Positions 10,397 to 19,543 of a stretch of DNA of 64,000 nucleotides are shown here, in pieces (the first letter of the stretch is position 1; every line of letters starts with the position of its first letter). The stretch is from an uncultured Thermoleophilia bacterium (GTDB lineage: Bacteria; Actinomycetota; Thermoleophilia; UBA2241): contig CAVPCT010000002.1 of assembly GCA_963702475.1 (NCBI GenBank), positions 96,001 to 160,000 of the forward strand, read 5' to 3'. The notes under the pieces were generated by a model. The model was given only the letters and a program-made list of their open reading frames with translations. It did no database searches and was not told the DNA's origin. Made by a program: the position numbers and the translations under genes.

Positions 10397-10511
10397 CCCA
10401 GTTGCCGACGCGCACCCGCGCAGGCCTTGTGCTGCGGGTGCGCGGTACCAGATGGCAGGCTCGGCGCCGGGCTTCACGGCTCGTCCCGGCCCCCGACCAG
10501 ACAGGAGTGAC

Positions 10512-11024
10512 ATGGTACAGGTAGGGCAGAAAGCCCCTGAGTTCGCTCTCGAGGCCGTGCAGGGCAGCGAGTTCCTGGATGTCAAGCTCAGTGACTACAG
10601 TGGCAAGTGGGTCGTGCTGTTCTTCTATCCGCTCGACTTCACCTTCGTGTGTCCCACCGAGATCACCGGCTTCGCCAAGCGCAAGGCGCAGTTCGAGGCG
10701 CTCGGCGCCCAGGTGCTCGGCGCCAGCGTCGACAGCAAGTGGAGCCACCTCGCGTGGATCGAGCGGGACCTCGGCGATCTGGGGTATCCGCTCCTCAGCG
10801 ACTTCAACCGCCAGACGGCGGAGGAGTACGGCGTGCTGCTTCCCGCGGGCATGGCGCTCCGTGGGACCTTCATCATCGACCCCGACGGCGTGCTCAAGTA
10901 CGCTTGCGTGCACGACAACAACATCGGTCGTAACACCGACGAGACGCTGCGCGTGCTGCAGGCGCTGCAGACCGGCGAGAAGTGCCCTGTGGACTGGAAG
11001 CCCGGCGAGGCGACTCTGGGCTGA
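10512..11024 (+). CDS. ahpC: 2-Cys peroxiredoxin (AhpC/TSA)
   Basis: FFYPLDFTFVCPTE peroxidatic motif and resolving KCPVDWKPG; RBS AGGAG. Confidence 0.95.
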   Translation: MVQVGQKAPEFALEAVQGSEFLDVKLSDYSGKWVVLFFYPLDFTFVCPTEITGFAKRKAQFEALGAQVLGASVDSKWSHLAWIERDLGDLGYPLLSDFNRQTAEEYGVLLPAGMALRGTFIIDPDGVLKYACVHDNNIGRNTDETLRVLQALQTGEKCPVDWKPGEATLG

Positions 11025-11134
11025 GCGCGCAGACGGCGTGACGAGTGGGTGCGGCCGGCCGGACGGCCGGCCGCACCCGCGTACGGAGAGAGTGTGCTCC
11101 AGGTGAGCACGCTGTCAGAGGACGGAGGAGTGAC

Positions 11135-11431
11135 ATGGCCACCATCGACGACTGGTTCGACCGGCGGACCCTGCTGGACCTGGTACCACCGCCCGTCTAC
11201 CTGCAGGGCGCCTCGGCGGTGGAGAACGGCGCCGTGAGGGTGCTGGAGCGAGACGACCGGCACATCCGCAGCCAGGTGGAGGACTACAAGATCTACGAGG
11301 CCGAGTTCCATATGGAGGGCGACCGGCTGGCTTGGTCGTGCACCTGCGGCGAGGCCGACGGGCACCCGTGCGAGCACCTGCTGGCCACGGCTCTCTGGAC
11401 GTGGCCGGGCGAGGCCCCGGACGACGAGTAG
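11135..11431 (+). CDS. Stand-alone SWIM zinc-finger protein
   Basis: WSCTC...PCEHLLA (CxC...CxH); RBS GGAGGAG. Confidence 0.8.
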   Translation: MATIDDWFDRRTLLDLVPPPVYLQGASAVENGAVRVLERDDRHIRSQVEDYKIYEAEFHMEGDRLAWSCTCGEADGHPCEHLLATALWTWPGEAPDDE

Positions 11432-11445
11432 GCGGTACCCGCGGC

Positions 11446-11676
11446 ATGCCTCTGTACGAGTTCAGCTGCGATGACTGCGGTCACGCCTTCGAGGTGATGG
11501 CGCCGTTCGCCGACCTCGACGAGGCGTCGGCGTGCCCCTCTTGCGGCGGGGCGCACACTCGGCGTCTGTTCGGCGGTGTGCAGCTCGCCGGGAGGCGCGC
11601 GAGCATCAAGCCGGAGAACTTCGTGCGGCCGCACGGGCCCGTGACCGGCCGGGGCGGCGGCGCGCCGTCGTCCTAG
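11446..11676 (+). CDS. FmdB-family zinc-ribbon protein
   Basis: MPLYEFSCDDCGHAFE...CPSCGG. Confidence 0.88.
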   Translation: MPLYEFSCDDCGHAFEVMAPFADLDEASACPSCGGAHTRRLFGGVQLAGRRASIKPENFVRPHGPVTGRGGGAPSS

Positions 11677-14444
11677 ACGCCGCCGTCTGCGCCGCCGACT
11701 CCGTCGCCGTCGGCGGGTGGCACGAGCTCCCGATACAGGACCTCGATCTCGCTGAGCCGCCCGGCGATGCGCGTGCGCAGTCCGGCGTCCTCCTCCTGGG
11801 CGAGCCACACGCTCAGCGTCTCGTGCTCGCCCACGTCGGGCATCTCGACCAGCTCCCGCAGGAAGGGGTGCACGTAGGGCCGCGATGAGTCCACGGTGAA
11901 CAGGGCCTCGTCGCGGGCGCGCGTGACCCCCACGTACACGACGCGCCGCTCCTCCTCGATCTCGGCGGGCGTCCAGCGGCTCAGATCGCAGTCGTAGTCA
12001 GGGATGACGACCGAGTGGTACTCGCGCCCCTTGGCCGCGTGGATGGTGCCCACCACCACCCTGTCGTCGCCGGATTCCTCCTGCGACAGGGTCTCTTCGG
12101 CCGCGCCCTCGTGTGCGCGTTCGTCGATCTCGAGCCGGTCCCACGCGGCGAAGAACGCTGCCGGGTCGGGGTAGGTCTCGGCCAGCAGCAGCAGGGCCTC
12201 GAGCACCTGGAGCGGGCCGGCGCAGTCGCGCTCCGTGCCGGCCGCGGAAGCTGTGTTGCCGGCGGGTGTGTACGAGGGGTCGCAGCCGTCGTCGCCGGGC
12301 GGGCCGCCGGCATCGCCGCCGGGGCCGCTCGCGGCAGCGTCGCGGTCCGGCCCGCTGCTGGCGGCCTGCCAGTACCCCTCCAGGCCGAACTCATCGACCA
12401 CGGCCCAGAGCAGCTCCGCAGCGGTGAGCGGCCGTGCGGCGCCGGCATCGAGGAGCGCCCCGCCGAGCCACTCGACCTGCCGGACGAGGCCGCTCAAGGG
12501 GCGCGGGCCGCCCTGCGGCTCGCGCGCCGCGGCCGAGAGCACCGCCGCCCACGGCCGCCGGGCGGCGGCGACGGCCTCCGCCACGGCGCCACGGATGAAC
12601 CGGTTGGGGCGGTTCAGGAGCGCCGCCAGGGCGGCACCCTCGGCCTCTTCCGGCGCCTGCACCAGGCGCACGTAGTCACGCAGCAGCCCGGCGGCAGGGT
12701 GCGAGAACAGGACGCAGCCGAGTGTGGGCGTGCGGGGGATGCCGGCGTCGTCCAGCGCGAGAGCGACCAGCAGCTGCTGCGAGCGGTACCGGCACAGGAC
12801 GGCCAGCTCCTGCCAGGCGCAGTCGAGACGGGCCTTCTCCGCGGTCAGGAAGGAGCAGACGGCGGCCGCGCGACGCGGCCAGTCCGGCGCGCCGGCGAAG
12901 CGCAGCGCGCCTTCTTGCGCCCCCGGCCGCGGCCTGATGTCCTTGGCCTCACGGACGGCGTTGTGGGCGACGAGCCTCGCTCCCGCCTCCACCACGGCTC
13001 GCGAACAGCGGTAGTTGGTCTGGAGTACGTAGGTCGCGGAGTGGGGCGCGGGCGGCATCCGCGCGGGGAACTCGAGGATGCCCCTCGGGTCGGCGTGTCT
13101 CCACCCGTAGATGAGCTGGTCGTCGTCGCCGACGACGAACAGACTGCGGCCGGGGCGCGACAGGATGTCCACGAGCGCCAGCTGCGCGCCGTTGAGGTCC
13201 TGGAACTCGTCGACGAGGATGTGGGTGAAGCGGTCCTGGAGGTACTGCCGCCGCGCGGGCTCCGCCAGCATGTCGGCCACAGCGAACCAGATCTGGTCGT
13301 CGAACGACTGTCTGCCCGCGACGCGTTGCGCCTGCAGGTAGCAGGAGTGTGTGGCCGCGAAAGGGACGGTCACCGGCGACGTGCCTTGGGCGGCCTCGAC
13401 CCGGACCGTGACCGTGGCCGGGTCGCACAGGGCCGCGCGCACCAGGGCGAGCGCGGCGAGGAAGGCCCCCACGGGGTCGCTGCCGCGCGCGGGCCGGAGG
13501 CCGTCGCCGAAGACCCCGGCCTCGTCCATGGCGCTCCGCATGGCTCGCCGCTGCGTGGGGCCGTCGAGATCGACCCTGATCCGGGCGCCGAGCACCTGCC
13601 GCTGGTACCGGTACCCGAGTGCGTTGAACGTCGCACAGTGGACGCCGGCCACCTCCGGCGGCCGGCCCGGCCGGCGGCGCCCGTCTCGCTCCTGCGGCGG
13701 GTCGAGGCGGCGCGTGGTGGGAATGCCCAGCGCCGCGAGGCGCTCCTCGAGCTGTTCGGCGGCCTTGCGGTTGAAGGCGAGGAGCAGGATGCCGCCGGGG
13801 TCGGCGCCGCGGCGGACCAGCTCGGCCACGCGGCTCACCAGGGTCTTGGTCTTGCCCGACCCGGCCGGGGCCAGCACGCGCGCCGGGCCGCGCACGTGTT
13901 CGACGGCTCTGCGCTGCGCTGCGTCCAGGGTGTCGTCGGGCGGGTCCGGACACCGGAGCGGCGCATCGGCACCGCCGCTCGAGAGGCTGCCTGCGCCGAT
14001 CCACCGCGGCGCAGGCGGCGGCGTGGCGGCCTCGCCCACACCCAGCAGCGTCCCGATGTCCTCGAGGTCGAGCCGCGCCGCGTCCCGCACGCGCAGAGCG
14101 CGCGGCGCGAGCAGCGTACGCTCGAACGGGACCCCCAGGCAGAAGGGCTGGCCGCTCGCCACGAGCGGATGGACGAAGCGCAGGAGCACCGCTGTGGCCT
14201 GCGCTGCGAACTCCCGCTCGTCGGATTCCCAGAACCACATGCCCACGGCGTCCCGGTGGCGCCGGCCCAGCAGGCCGACCCTTGGCTCCCCCGGGTCCTC
14301 GGTCCAGCCGTGGCGCCAGACAAAGCGCTGAGCGGGAGCTGCGGCGCGAGCCAGCTCGACGAGGTCGCGCCGCCGGGAGACGCCGAAGAAGACGAGGCGC
14401 GGGGCTGCCGGCACTGCGGACCGGGTGTGGCGGGCGGCTTCCAT
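11673..14444 (-). CDS. UvrD/Rep-like SF1A helicase with unrecognised N-terminal extension
   Basis: APAGSGKT, LAFNRKAA, VDEFQD, VVGDDDQLIYGWR, NYRC, TIHAAKGREY, EEERRVVYVGVTRA. Confidence 0.9.
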   Translation of the reverse strand: MEAARHTRSAVPAAPRLVFFGVSRRRDLVELARAAAPAQRFVWRHGWTEDPGEPRVGLLGRRHRDAVGMWFWESDEREFAAQATAVLLRFVHPLVASGQPFCLGVPFERTLLAPRALRVRDAARLDLEDIGTLLGVGEAATPPPAPRWIGAGSLSSGGADAPLRCPDPPDDTLDAAQRRAVEHVRGPARVLAPAGSGKTKTLVSRVAELVRRGADPGGILLLAFNRKAAEQLEERLAALGIPTTRRLDPPQERDGRRRPGRPPEVAGVHCATFNALGYRYQRQVLGARIRVDLDGPTQRRAMRSAMDEAGVFGDGLRPARGSDPVGAFLAALALVRAALCDPATVTVRVEAAQGTSPVTVPFAATHSCYLQAQRVAGRQSFDDQIWFAVADMLAEPARRQYLQDRFTHILVDEFQDLNGAQLALVDILSRPGRSLFVVGDDDQLIYGWRHADPRGILEFPARMPPAPHSATYVLQTNYRCSRAVVEAGARLVAHNAVREAKDIRPRPGAQEGALRFAGAPDWPRRAAAVCSFLTAEKARLDCAWQELAVLCRYRSQQLLVALALDDAGIPRTPTLGCVLFSHPAAGLLRDYVRLVQAPEEAEGAALAALLNRPNRFIRGAVAEAVAAARRPWAAVLSAAAREPQGGPRPLSGLVRQVEWLGGALLDAGAARPLTAAELLWAVVDEFGLEGYWQAASSGPDRDAAASGPGGDAGGPPGDDGCDPSYTPAGNTASAAGTERDCAGPLQVLEALLLLAETYPDPAAFFAAWDRLEIDERAHEGAAEETLSQEESGDDRVVVGTIHAAKGREYHSVVIPDYDCDLSRWTPAEIEEERRVVYVGVTRARDEALFTVDSSRPYVHPFLRELVEMPDVGEHETLSVWLAQEEDAGLRTRIAGRLSEIEVLYRELVPPADGDGVGGADGGV

Positions 14445-14676
14445 CGGCGGCCCACGGTAGCAGGCTCGGGCCGTCGCGACGAGGGTGACGAGGGTGGACG
14501 TTGGGCGCGGTCCGGCCGCTCCGAGGGCCCGTAGTCGGCTGGGGCAACGCTTGCGCGGCGAGGGGGCGTGGGGCGTGCCGGGGAGGAAGCGGATGCGGGT
14601 ACAGTAGGAGCTATCGGTGCCGGTGTGAGGGCCGGGCCGCCGGCACCGCGTGGATCGCAGACGTACAGGAGGGGTC

Positions 14677-15729
14677 GTGTCTGCGTTGGAACGCTACGAG
14701 TCTCTTGCCGAGTTGGCCTCACGTGTGGTGGACGACAGCGTGCTGTCGGAGATGCTGCATGCGGCGGCGCGCTACGTGACCGAGGTCCTCGGCGCCGCCA
14801 GGTGCGACATCTACGACTACGAGGCGCGGACCGACGAGTTCGTCGTCGGCGCATCCTTCCACGCGCCTGGTGTGACCACGGAACACCCCGAGTGGCTAGG
14901 GACGCGCCACGACGCCGAGAGCTGGCCGCAGCTCGGCGACTGCGTCGCGCAGCGCCGGCCGGCCGTGCTGTACAGGGACGATCCAGGCCTTCCCGACGAG
15001 CAGGCGGCGCTCATGGACGTTCACGGCGAGGTGGCCAGCGTAAGCGTCCCGATGGTGTACGACGGCGAGCTCGTAGGTCTCGTTGACGTCGGCGAGAGCC
15101 GGCAGCAGCGGCGCTGGTCGGGTGACGACCTGCGCTTTCTTCAGGCTGCGGCCGATCTCGGCGCCGCGGCCGTCGCTCTCGCCCGTTCCCGAGCCGCCCT
15201 GGCCGGTCAGGCCATCCACGACGAGCTCACCGGCCTGTTCAACTACCGGCACTTCATGGAGCGGCTGCGACGTGAGGTGGCCGTCAGCCGCAGGTACGGG
15301 CACGACCTCTCGCTGGTGCTCATCGATCTCGACGGATTCCGCCTCTTCAACCAGTCCTTCGGACGTGAACGCGGCGACTCGGCGCTGGTCGAGGTCGCCG
15401 GCATCCTCCGCGACGTCACACGGGCCGACGTCGATATCCTGGCGCGGTACGGGCGCGACGAGTTCTTGATCATCCTGCCGCAGACCAGGGCCAACGACCC
15501 CGAGCCCGTCACGGCCGCACGCGTTGCGACCCGCATCCGGGAGCGCCTCGCCGCCCACCGCTTCGAGAGCGTCGCCGGGCAGCGCGACGTGGCCGTGACC
15601 GTGAGCATCGGGGTGGCCGGCATCGGCCTGGGCGGCTACTCGGCGGAGGAGCTGCTGAGCTGTGCGGAGAAGGCGGCCCTCCTGGCCAAGCACGACGGCC
15701 GGGACCGCGTCGTCACCTTCGGAGCCTGA
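14677..15729 (+). CDS. GAF + GGDEF-domain protein with degenerate active site (GRDEF)
   Basis: DELTGLFNYR, LIDLDGF, ARYGRDEF, TVSIGVA; N-terminal GAF. Confidence 0.88.
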   Translation: MSALERYESLAELASRVVDDSVLSEMLHAAARYVTEVLGAARCDIYDYEARTDEFVVGASFHAPGVTTEHPEWLGTRHDAESWPQLGDCVAQRRPAVLYRDDPGLPDEQAALMDVHGEVASVSVPMVYDGELVGLVDVGESRQQRRWSGDDLRFLQAAADLGAAAVALARSRAALAGQAIHDELTGLFNYRHFMERLRREVAVSRRYGHDLSLVLIDLDGFRLFNQSFGRERGDSALVEVAGILRDVTRADVDILARYGRDEFLIILPQTRANDPEPVTAARVATRIRERLAAHRFESVAGQRDVAVTVSIGVAGIGLGGYSAEELLSCAEKAALLAKHDGRDRVVTFGA

Positions 15730-15862
15730 GCCGGCCGGCGCCTGCGGCTTCGGGGGCGCCTCGCCCTCGGCTCCACCGCGGACAGCCCGCCCTTTCGCTC
15801 TCGCCCGAACCTGCGCCGTCGCGCAAACATCAAATCCCGGGGACGCGCGGCCGATACAGCCA

Positions 15863-16810
15863 ATGATGGCCGCGCAGCTGGAACATCTGGACTGGCTCAG
15901 GGGTCGGGTGCCGGCTGACGTCCGCGCCCAGATCCGCACAGTCGTCCAAGTGCTCGGCTGCATCCCGCACAAGCAGCCTCTCGCCGTGGTGACGGCCGAC
16001 GGCGTGCTGCTCGCCGCCAACAGGCCACTCCTGGACCTCGTGGGGTGCGCCGCGGACGACCTCCTGGAGAGCGACTGGGCCGACCTCATGCCGGGCTGGG
16101 ACGAGCGCGCCGCGCTATGGGCAGAGGCCGAGGAGCCCGACACGCACACGTTCGACGCCCACGTGGTGTGCGCCGGTGGCCTCAGGCGGTGGACGCACGT
16201 GGTCGCCGTGCCGGTGACGGCGGTGGAGCCGGTCCCCGCGGGTCTCGAGCCCCCGGTGGCGCTGGCCGCCTGGACGGTGTTCGTCAGGGACGATGGCCCC
16301 CAGCCCCCCATGGGTGGGGAGAAGGGCCATCGAGAGACCGTGGAGATGCTGCTTGACAGCCCGGGTGAGTACGCCGTGAGGCTGGACGCGCGCGGTGCGG
16401 TGGAGCTCGTCTCTCCCTCGCTCCGTAGGGTGTCTGGGGCGAGGTAGGCCGACCTGGCCGGCAGCTCGCTGCTCTCGGTCGACAAGGGCTTCGACGGTCT
16501 CGACGCGAAGGTCGTAAGCCTGTGGCGGGACGTCTCCGGTCCCCCGTACCGTGCTGAACGCGAGATGGAGCTGGACACGCCACGGGGCGCGCGCTCCACA
16601 GCCTGGACGTTCGAGGCGCTGCTGGGCGACGGGGGCGTGCTGCAGGGCGTGTTCGGCCTCGGCCGCGAGGTGACGGAGCGCCGTGCGGCGGAGGACGCGG
16701 CGCGGCACCGGCTTGAGCTCGAGGCGATGTCGTCGCACCGGCCCTACCGCCCGCCCTCGGCGTGGATCGAGCCCTCGCGGAGCTCGAGGCGGGCCTCCAG
16801 CCGCCGCCCC
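15863..16810 (+). pseudogene. Disrupted PAS-PAS-(HD-GYP) signalling gene
   Basis: PAS-like sequence continues in frame across TAG 16445-16447 to a PAC motif (GLGREVTERR), then joins abruptly to the HD-GYP tail AMSSHRPYRP, followed by a frameshift (ALGVDRALAELE). Confidence 0.65.
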
Positions 16811-16887
16811 TCGCTGAGTCTGCTGCCGTCGCTCACTGAGCGGTGCCCCTGCGGCGCACCCCTCGCTGAGTCCTCTGCCGTCGCTCA
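16807..16887. repeat. Two 29-bp direct repeats, 52-bp period
   Basis: CCCCTCGCTGAGTCtgCTGCCGTCGCTCA (16807-16835) and CCCCTCGCTGAGTCctCTGCCGTCGCTCA (16859-16887), 27/29 identical. Confidence 0.8.
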
Positions 16888-17991
16888 GTCGGCCGCCGGC
16901 GCCCGGATGCGGAGAGCCTGTGGCACGAGCTCCACCTCGAGCGGCAGGTCTCCGAGCGCCTCGCCGTCGACGTCCAGCGGGAAGAGCCCGCCGCGCGGCG
17001 CCCGTGCCGGCGGAGTGAGCGGCTCCAGTCGCAGCCCGCGGCAGGCGAAGTGGTCCACGCCCGGCTCGTCGGTGTGCGTGCCTCTATACACCGTGAGGAA
17101 CCGGCCGACGAGGCGCCAGCGCGTGCGCGTCTCGAACGCCACCACCTCCAGGAGACCGTCGTCGGGCCGCGCCATGGGCGCGATGTTCATGCCGCCGCCG
17201 AAGGTAGTCCCGTTGCAGACTGCCACCGCGTGCGTGTCGAGCACGCGCTCCGCCGACGCGCCGTCCGGCCGCACGTACCTGCAGCGGAGGCGCACGCGGC
17301 GACACACGACGATGCCGCGAAGGGCCGCCTGGGCGTAGGCGACGCGGCCGCCGAGGAAGGCGGGCGCGGCCGCTGCGTACCTGTCGACGAGGCCGCCGAC
17401 CCCGGCCGAGAGGACGTTGAGCCAGTAGCGCTCGGCGGTCCGACCATCGCTGCCGATGAAGCGCGCCATGCCGACGTCGACGGCGCGCGTTGTGTCCCCG
17501 GCGACGGCGGCGAGGTACGCGTCGATGCGCGGTGCGATGCCGAGCGTCCGCCCGAAGTCGGCTCCGGTGCCGGTGGCCACGAAGCCGAGGGCCGGCACCG
17601 GCGGGACGAGGGCCGGAGGATGCCCCGGCCCGGCCGCGCTTGCGGCCGCGGCGCCGTGCTCCCGGAGCCCGCCGCGCATGAGCCCGTCGACGACCTCGCT
17701 CAGGGTGCCGTCGCCGCCGACGCTGACGACCAGTGGCCGGCGCGCCGCGACCGCGCCGGCCGCCAGCCTGCTCGCCGCGTTCGGACCGGTCGTCGGCGCG
17801 ACGTCCACCTCGCCCAGGGAGGCGCGGAGCGCCTCGAGCACGTGAGAGAGGTCGCGTCCGGTGCGGCCACGGCCGGCGCTGGGATTGACGATGACCAGCG
17901 GCCGTGGGGCGTCCGCCGGCCCCGCGCCGGGTGACCGGGCGGGCTCGGCGCCCGGCCCATCTGTGCGCTGGCCCTGTGGCATGGCCCGCAC
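16885..17991 (-). CDS. Diacylglycerol/lipid kinase family protein (YegS/BmrU-like)
   Basis: IVNPSAGRG, VGGDGTLSEV, GTGADF, NGTTFGGGM, DVDGE. Confidence 0.9.
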   Translation of the reverse strand: MRAMPQGQRTDGPGAEPARSPGAGPADAPRPLVIVNPSAGRGRTGRDLSHVLEALRASLGEVDVAPTTGPNAASRLAAGAVAARRPLVVSVGGDGTLSEVVDGLMRGGLREHGAAAASAAGPGHPPALVPPVPALGFVATGTGADFGRTLGIAPRIDAYLAAVAGDTTRAVDVGMARFIGSDGRTAERYWLNVLSAGVGGLVDRYAAAAPAFLGGRVAYAQAALRGIVVCRRVRLRCRYVRPDGASAERVLDTHAVAVCNGTTFGGGMNIAPMARPDDGLLEVVAFETRTRWRLVGRFLTVYRGTHTDEPGVDHFACRGLRLEPLTPPARAPRGGLFPLDVDGEALGDLPLEVELVPQALRIRAPAAD

Positions 17992-18062
17992 GCTACCAGA
18001 CGAGACGCCGCGGGTCAGGTCGCGGGCAGGGAATCCGCCCTCCCGGTGCGAACAGGCACGCG

Positions 18063-18689
18063 ATGGCAGTACCAGCTCCCGACGCAGAGGACCGACAGCC
18101 GCGCGAGGTCGCCCGTATCGAGGCGTTCAGCGACGGCGTGTTCGCCATCGCCATCACGCTGCTCAGCCTCGAGCTGGTGATCCCCGCACACAGGGACCTG
18201 GCCGCCGCCCTCGCCGATCTCCGGCCGGACTTCTTCGCCCTGGGCCTGAGCTTCCTCGTCATCGGCACGTACTGGGTGTTCCACCACCGCCTGTTCTCGA
18301 CAGTGGTGCGCTACGACAGTCGCCTGATCTGGATGAACCTGCTGGTGCTTTTCTTCATCGTGCTGATGCCGTTCAGCACGTCGGTCATCGCGGACTACGA
18401 CGGGCAGCCGCTCGGGGTCGTCGTGTACGCGCTGAACATCGTCGGCGCCGGGCTGGCGAGCGCCGGCCTCACCGTCTACGTGCTCACCGGGCACCGCATG
18501 TGCGCGCAGGCGGTCACGCACGGCCGCATCCGCTACGCGATCGGCCGCAGCTTCGTCGTGCCGTGCTACTTTGCCGCCTCCCTGCTGCTGCTCCTCATCC
18601 CCGTCTCGACCAGCACGGTGACGCTGTCGTGGCTGGGCCTCATCCTGGTGAACATCGTCGTGGAGCGGACGCTGGGGAGGTCGAAGTAG
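18063..18689 (+). CDS. TMEM175-family (DUF1211) potassium channel
   Basis: RIEAFSDGVFAIAITLL signature, WVFHHRLF, about 6 TM helices. Confidence 0.9.
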   Translation: MAVPAPDAEDRQPREVARIEAFSDGVFAIAITLLSLELVIPAHRDLAAALADLRPDFFALGLSFLVIGTYWVFHHRLFSTVVRYDSRLIWMNLLVLFFIVLMPFSTSVIADYDGQPLGVVVYALNIVGAGLASAGLTVYVLTGHRMCAQAVTHGRIRYAIGRSFVVPCYFAASLLLLLIPVSTSTVTLSWLGLILVNIVVERTLGRSK

Positions 18690-18694
18690 CCGCC

Positions 18695-19420
18695 GTGGAC
18701 GCGGCGGTCCGCCTGGGGGCGCTCATGGACCGGCTGGCCGGCATGGCGAGCGACGCCGACCGAGAGGGCATGGCGCGGTTCGGCATCAAGGTCGACGACG
18801 CCTTCGGCGTGTCCGTGTACGAGCTGCGCAAGATCGCGAAGGAGTACGGGCGCGACCACGTGCTCGCCCTGGCGCTGTGGGACACCGGGATTCACGAGGC
18901 ACGACTCCTGGCGAGCATGATCGACGACCCGGTCGCGGTGACCGAGGGGCAGATGGAGCAGTGGGCCGCGGCGTTCGACTCATGGGACGTGTGCGACCAG
19001 GTGACCTCCAACCTGTTCGACAAGACCCCGCTCGCCTACGACAAGGTGAGGGAGTGGGCGGCCCGCGAGGACGAGTGGGTCAAGCGGGCCGCGTTCGCCA
19101 CGGCCGCCGCCCTCGCCGTGCAGGACAAGGCGGCGCCCGACGAGCGTTTCCTGGCCATCCTGCCGCTCTGCGCGCGCGAGGCGTGGGACGGCCGCAACTA
19201 CGTGAAGAAGGCCGTCAGCTGGGCCCTGCGCAACATCGGCAAGCGCAACGTCGCGCTGCACGCGGCGGCGCGGGACACGGCCACGGCCATCCTGGCCGCG
19301 GCCGGCGAGCGCGCCGCCGCCGACCGCCGCGATCCCGCGGCGCGCAGCATGCGCTGGATCGCCGGTGACGTGCTGCGCGAGCTGGACTCGGAGAAGGTGA
19401 AGCGCCGCCTGGGGCTGTGA
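18695..19420 (+). CDS. DNA alkylation repair protein (AlkD-like HEAT-repeat glycosylase)
   Basis: LWDTGIHEARLLA, FDSWDVCDQ, EWVKRAAF, RNYVKKAVSWALRNIGKRN. Confidence 0.88.
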   Translation: MDAAVRLGALMDRLAGMASDADREGMARFGIKVDDAFGVSVYELRKIAKEYGRDHVLALALWDTGIHEARLLASMIDDPVAVTEGQMEQWAAAFDSWDVCDQVTSNLFDKTPLAYDKVREWAAREDEWVKRAAFATAAALAVQDKAAPDERFLAILPLCAREAWDGRNYVKKAVSWALRNIGKRNVALHAAARDTATAILAAAGERAAADRRDPAARSMRWIAGDVLRELDSEKVKRRLGL

Positions 19421-19543
19421 CCACGCGCCGCGCCGACCCACCGTCGCGTGCGTGACCACGGCGCTCGCTGGCCCGCCGTCCCGGGCCCGTAGTACCATCT
19501 GTGCTCGCAGTACCCTAGTCCCCCGGCACGGGAGGGTGCCGTC

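Noticed and set aside
16445-16447. In-frame TAG as a pyrrolysine codon, given mttB genes nearby
   Set aside because: Both mttB genes lack TAG, no pyl genes are in the window, and the host gene has other lesions; a GAG>TAG change is simpler.
16807-16887. Mini CRISPR array (also considered for 37659-37739)
   Set aside because: Only two units, spacers of 21-23 bp, no cas genes and no leader.
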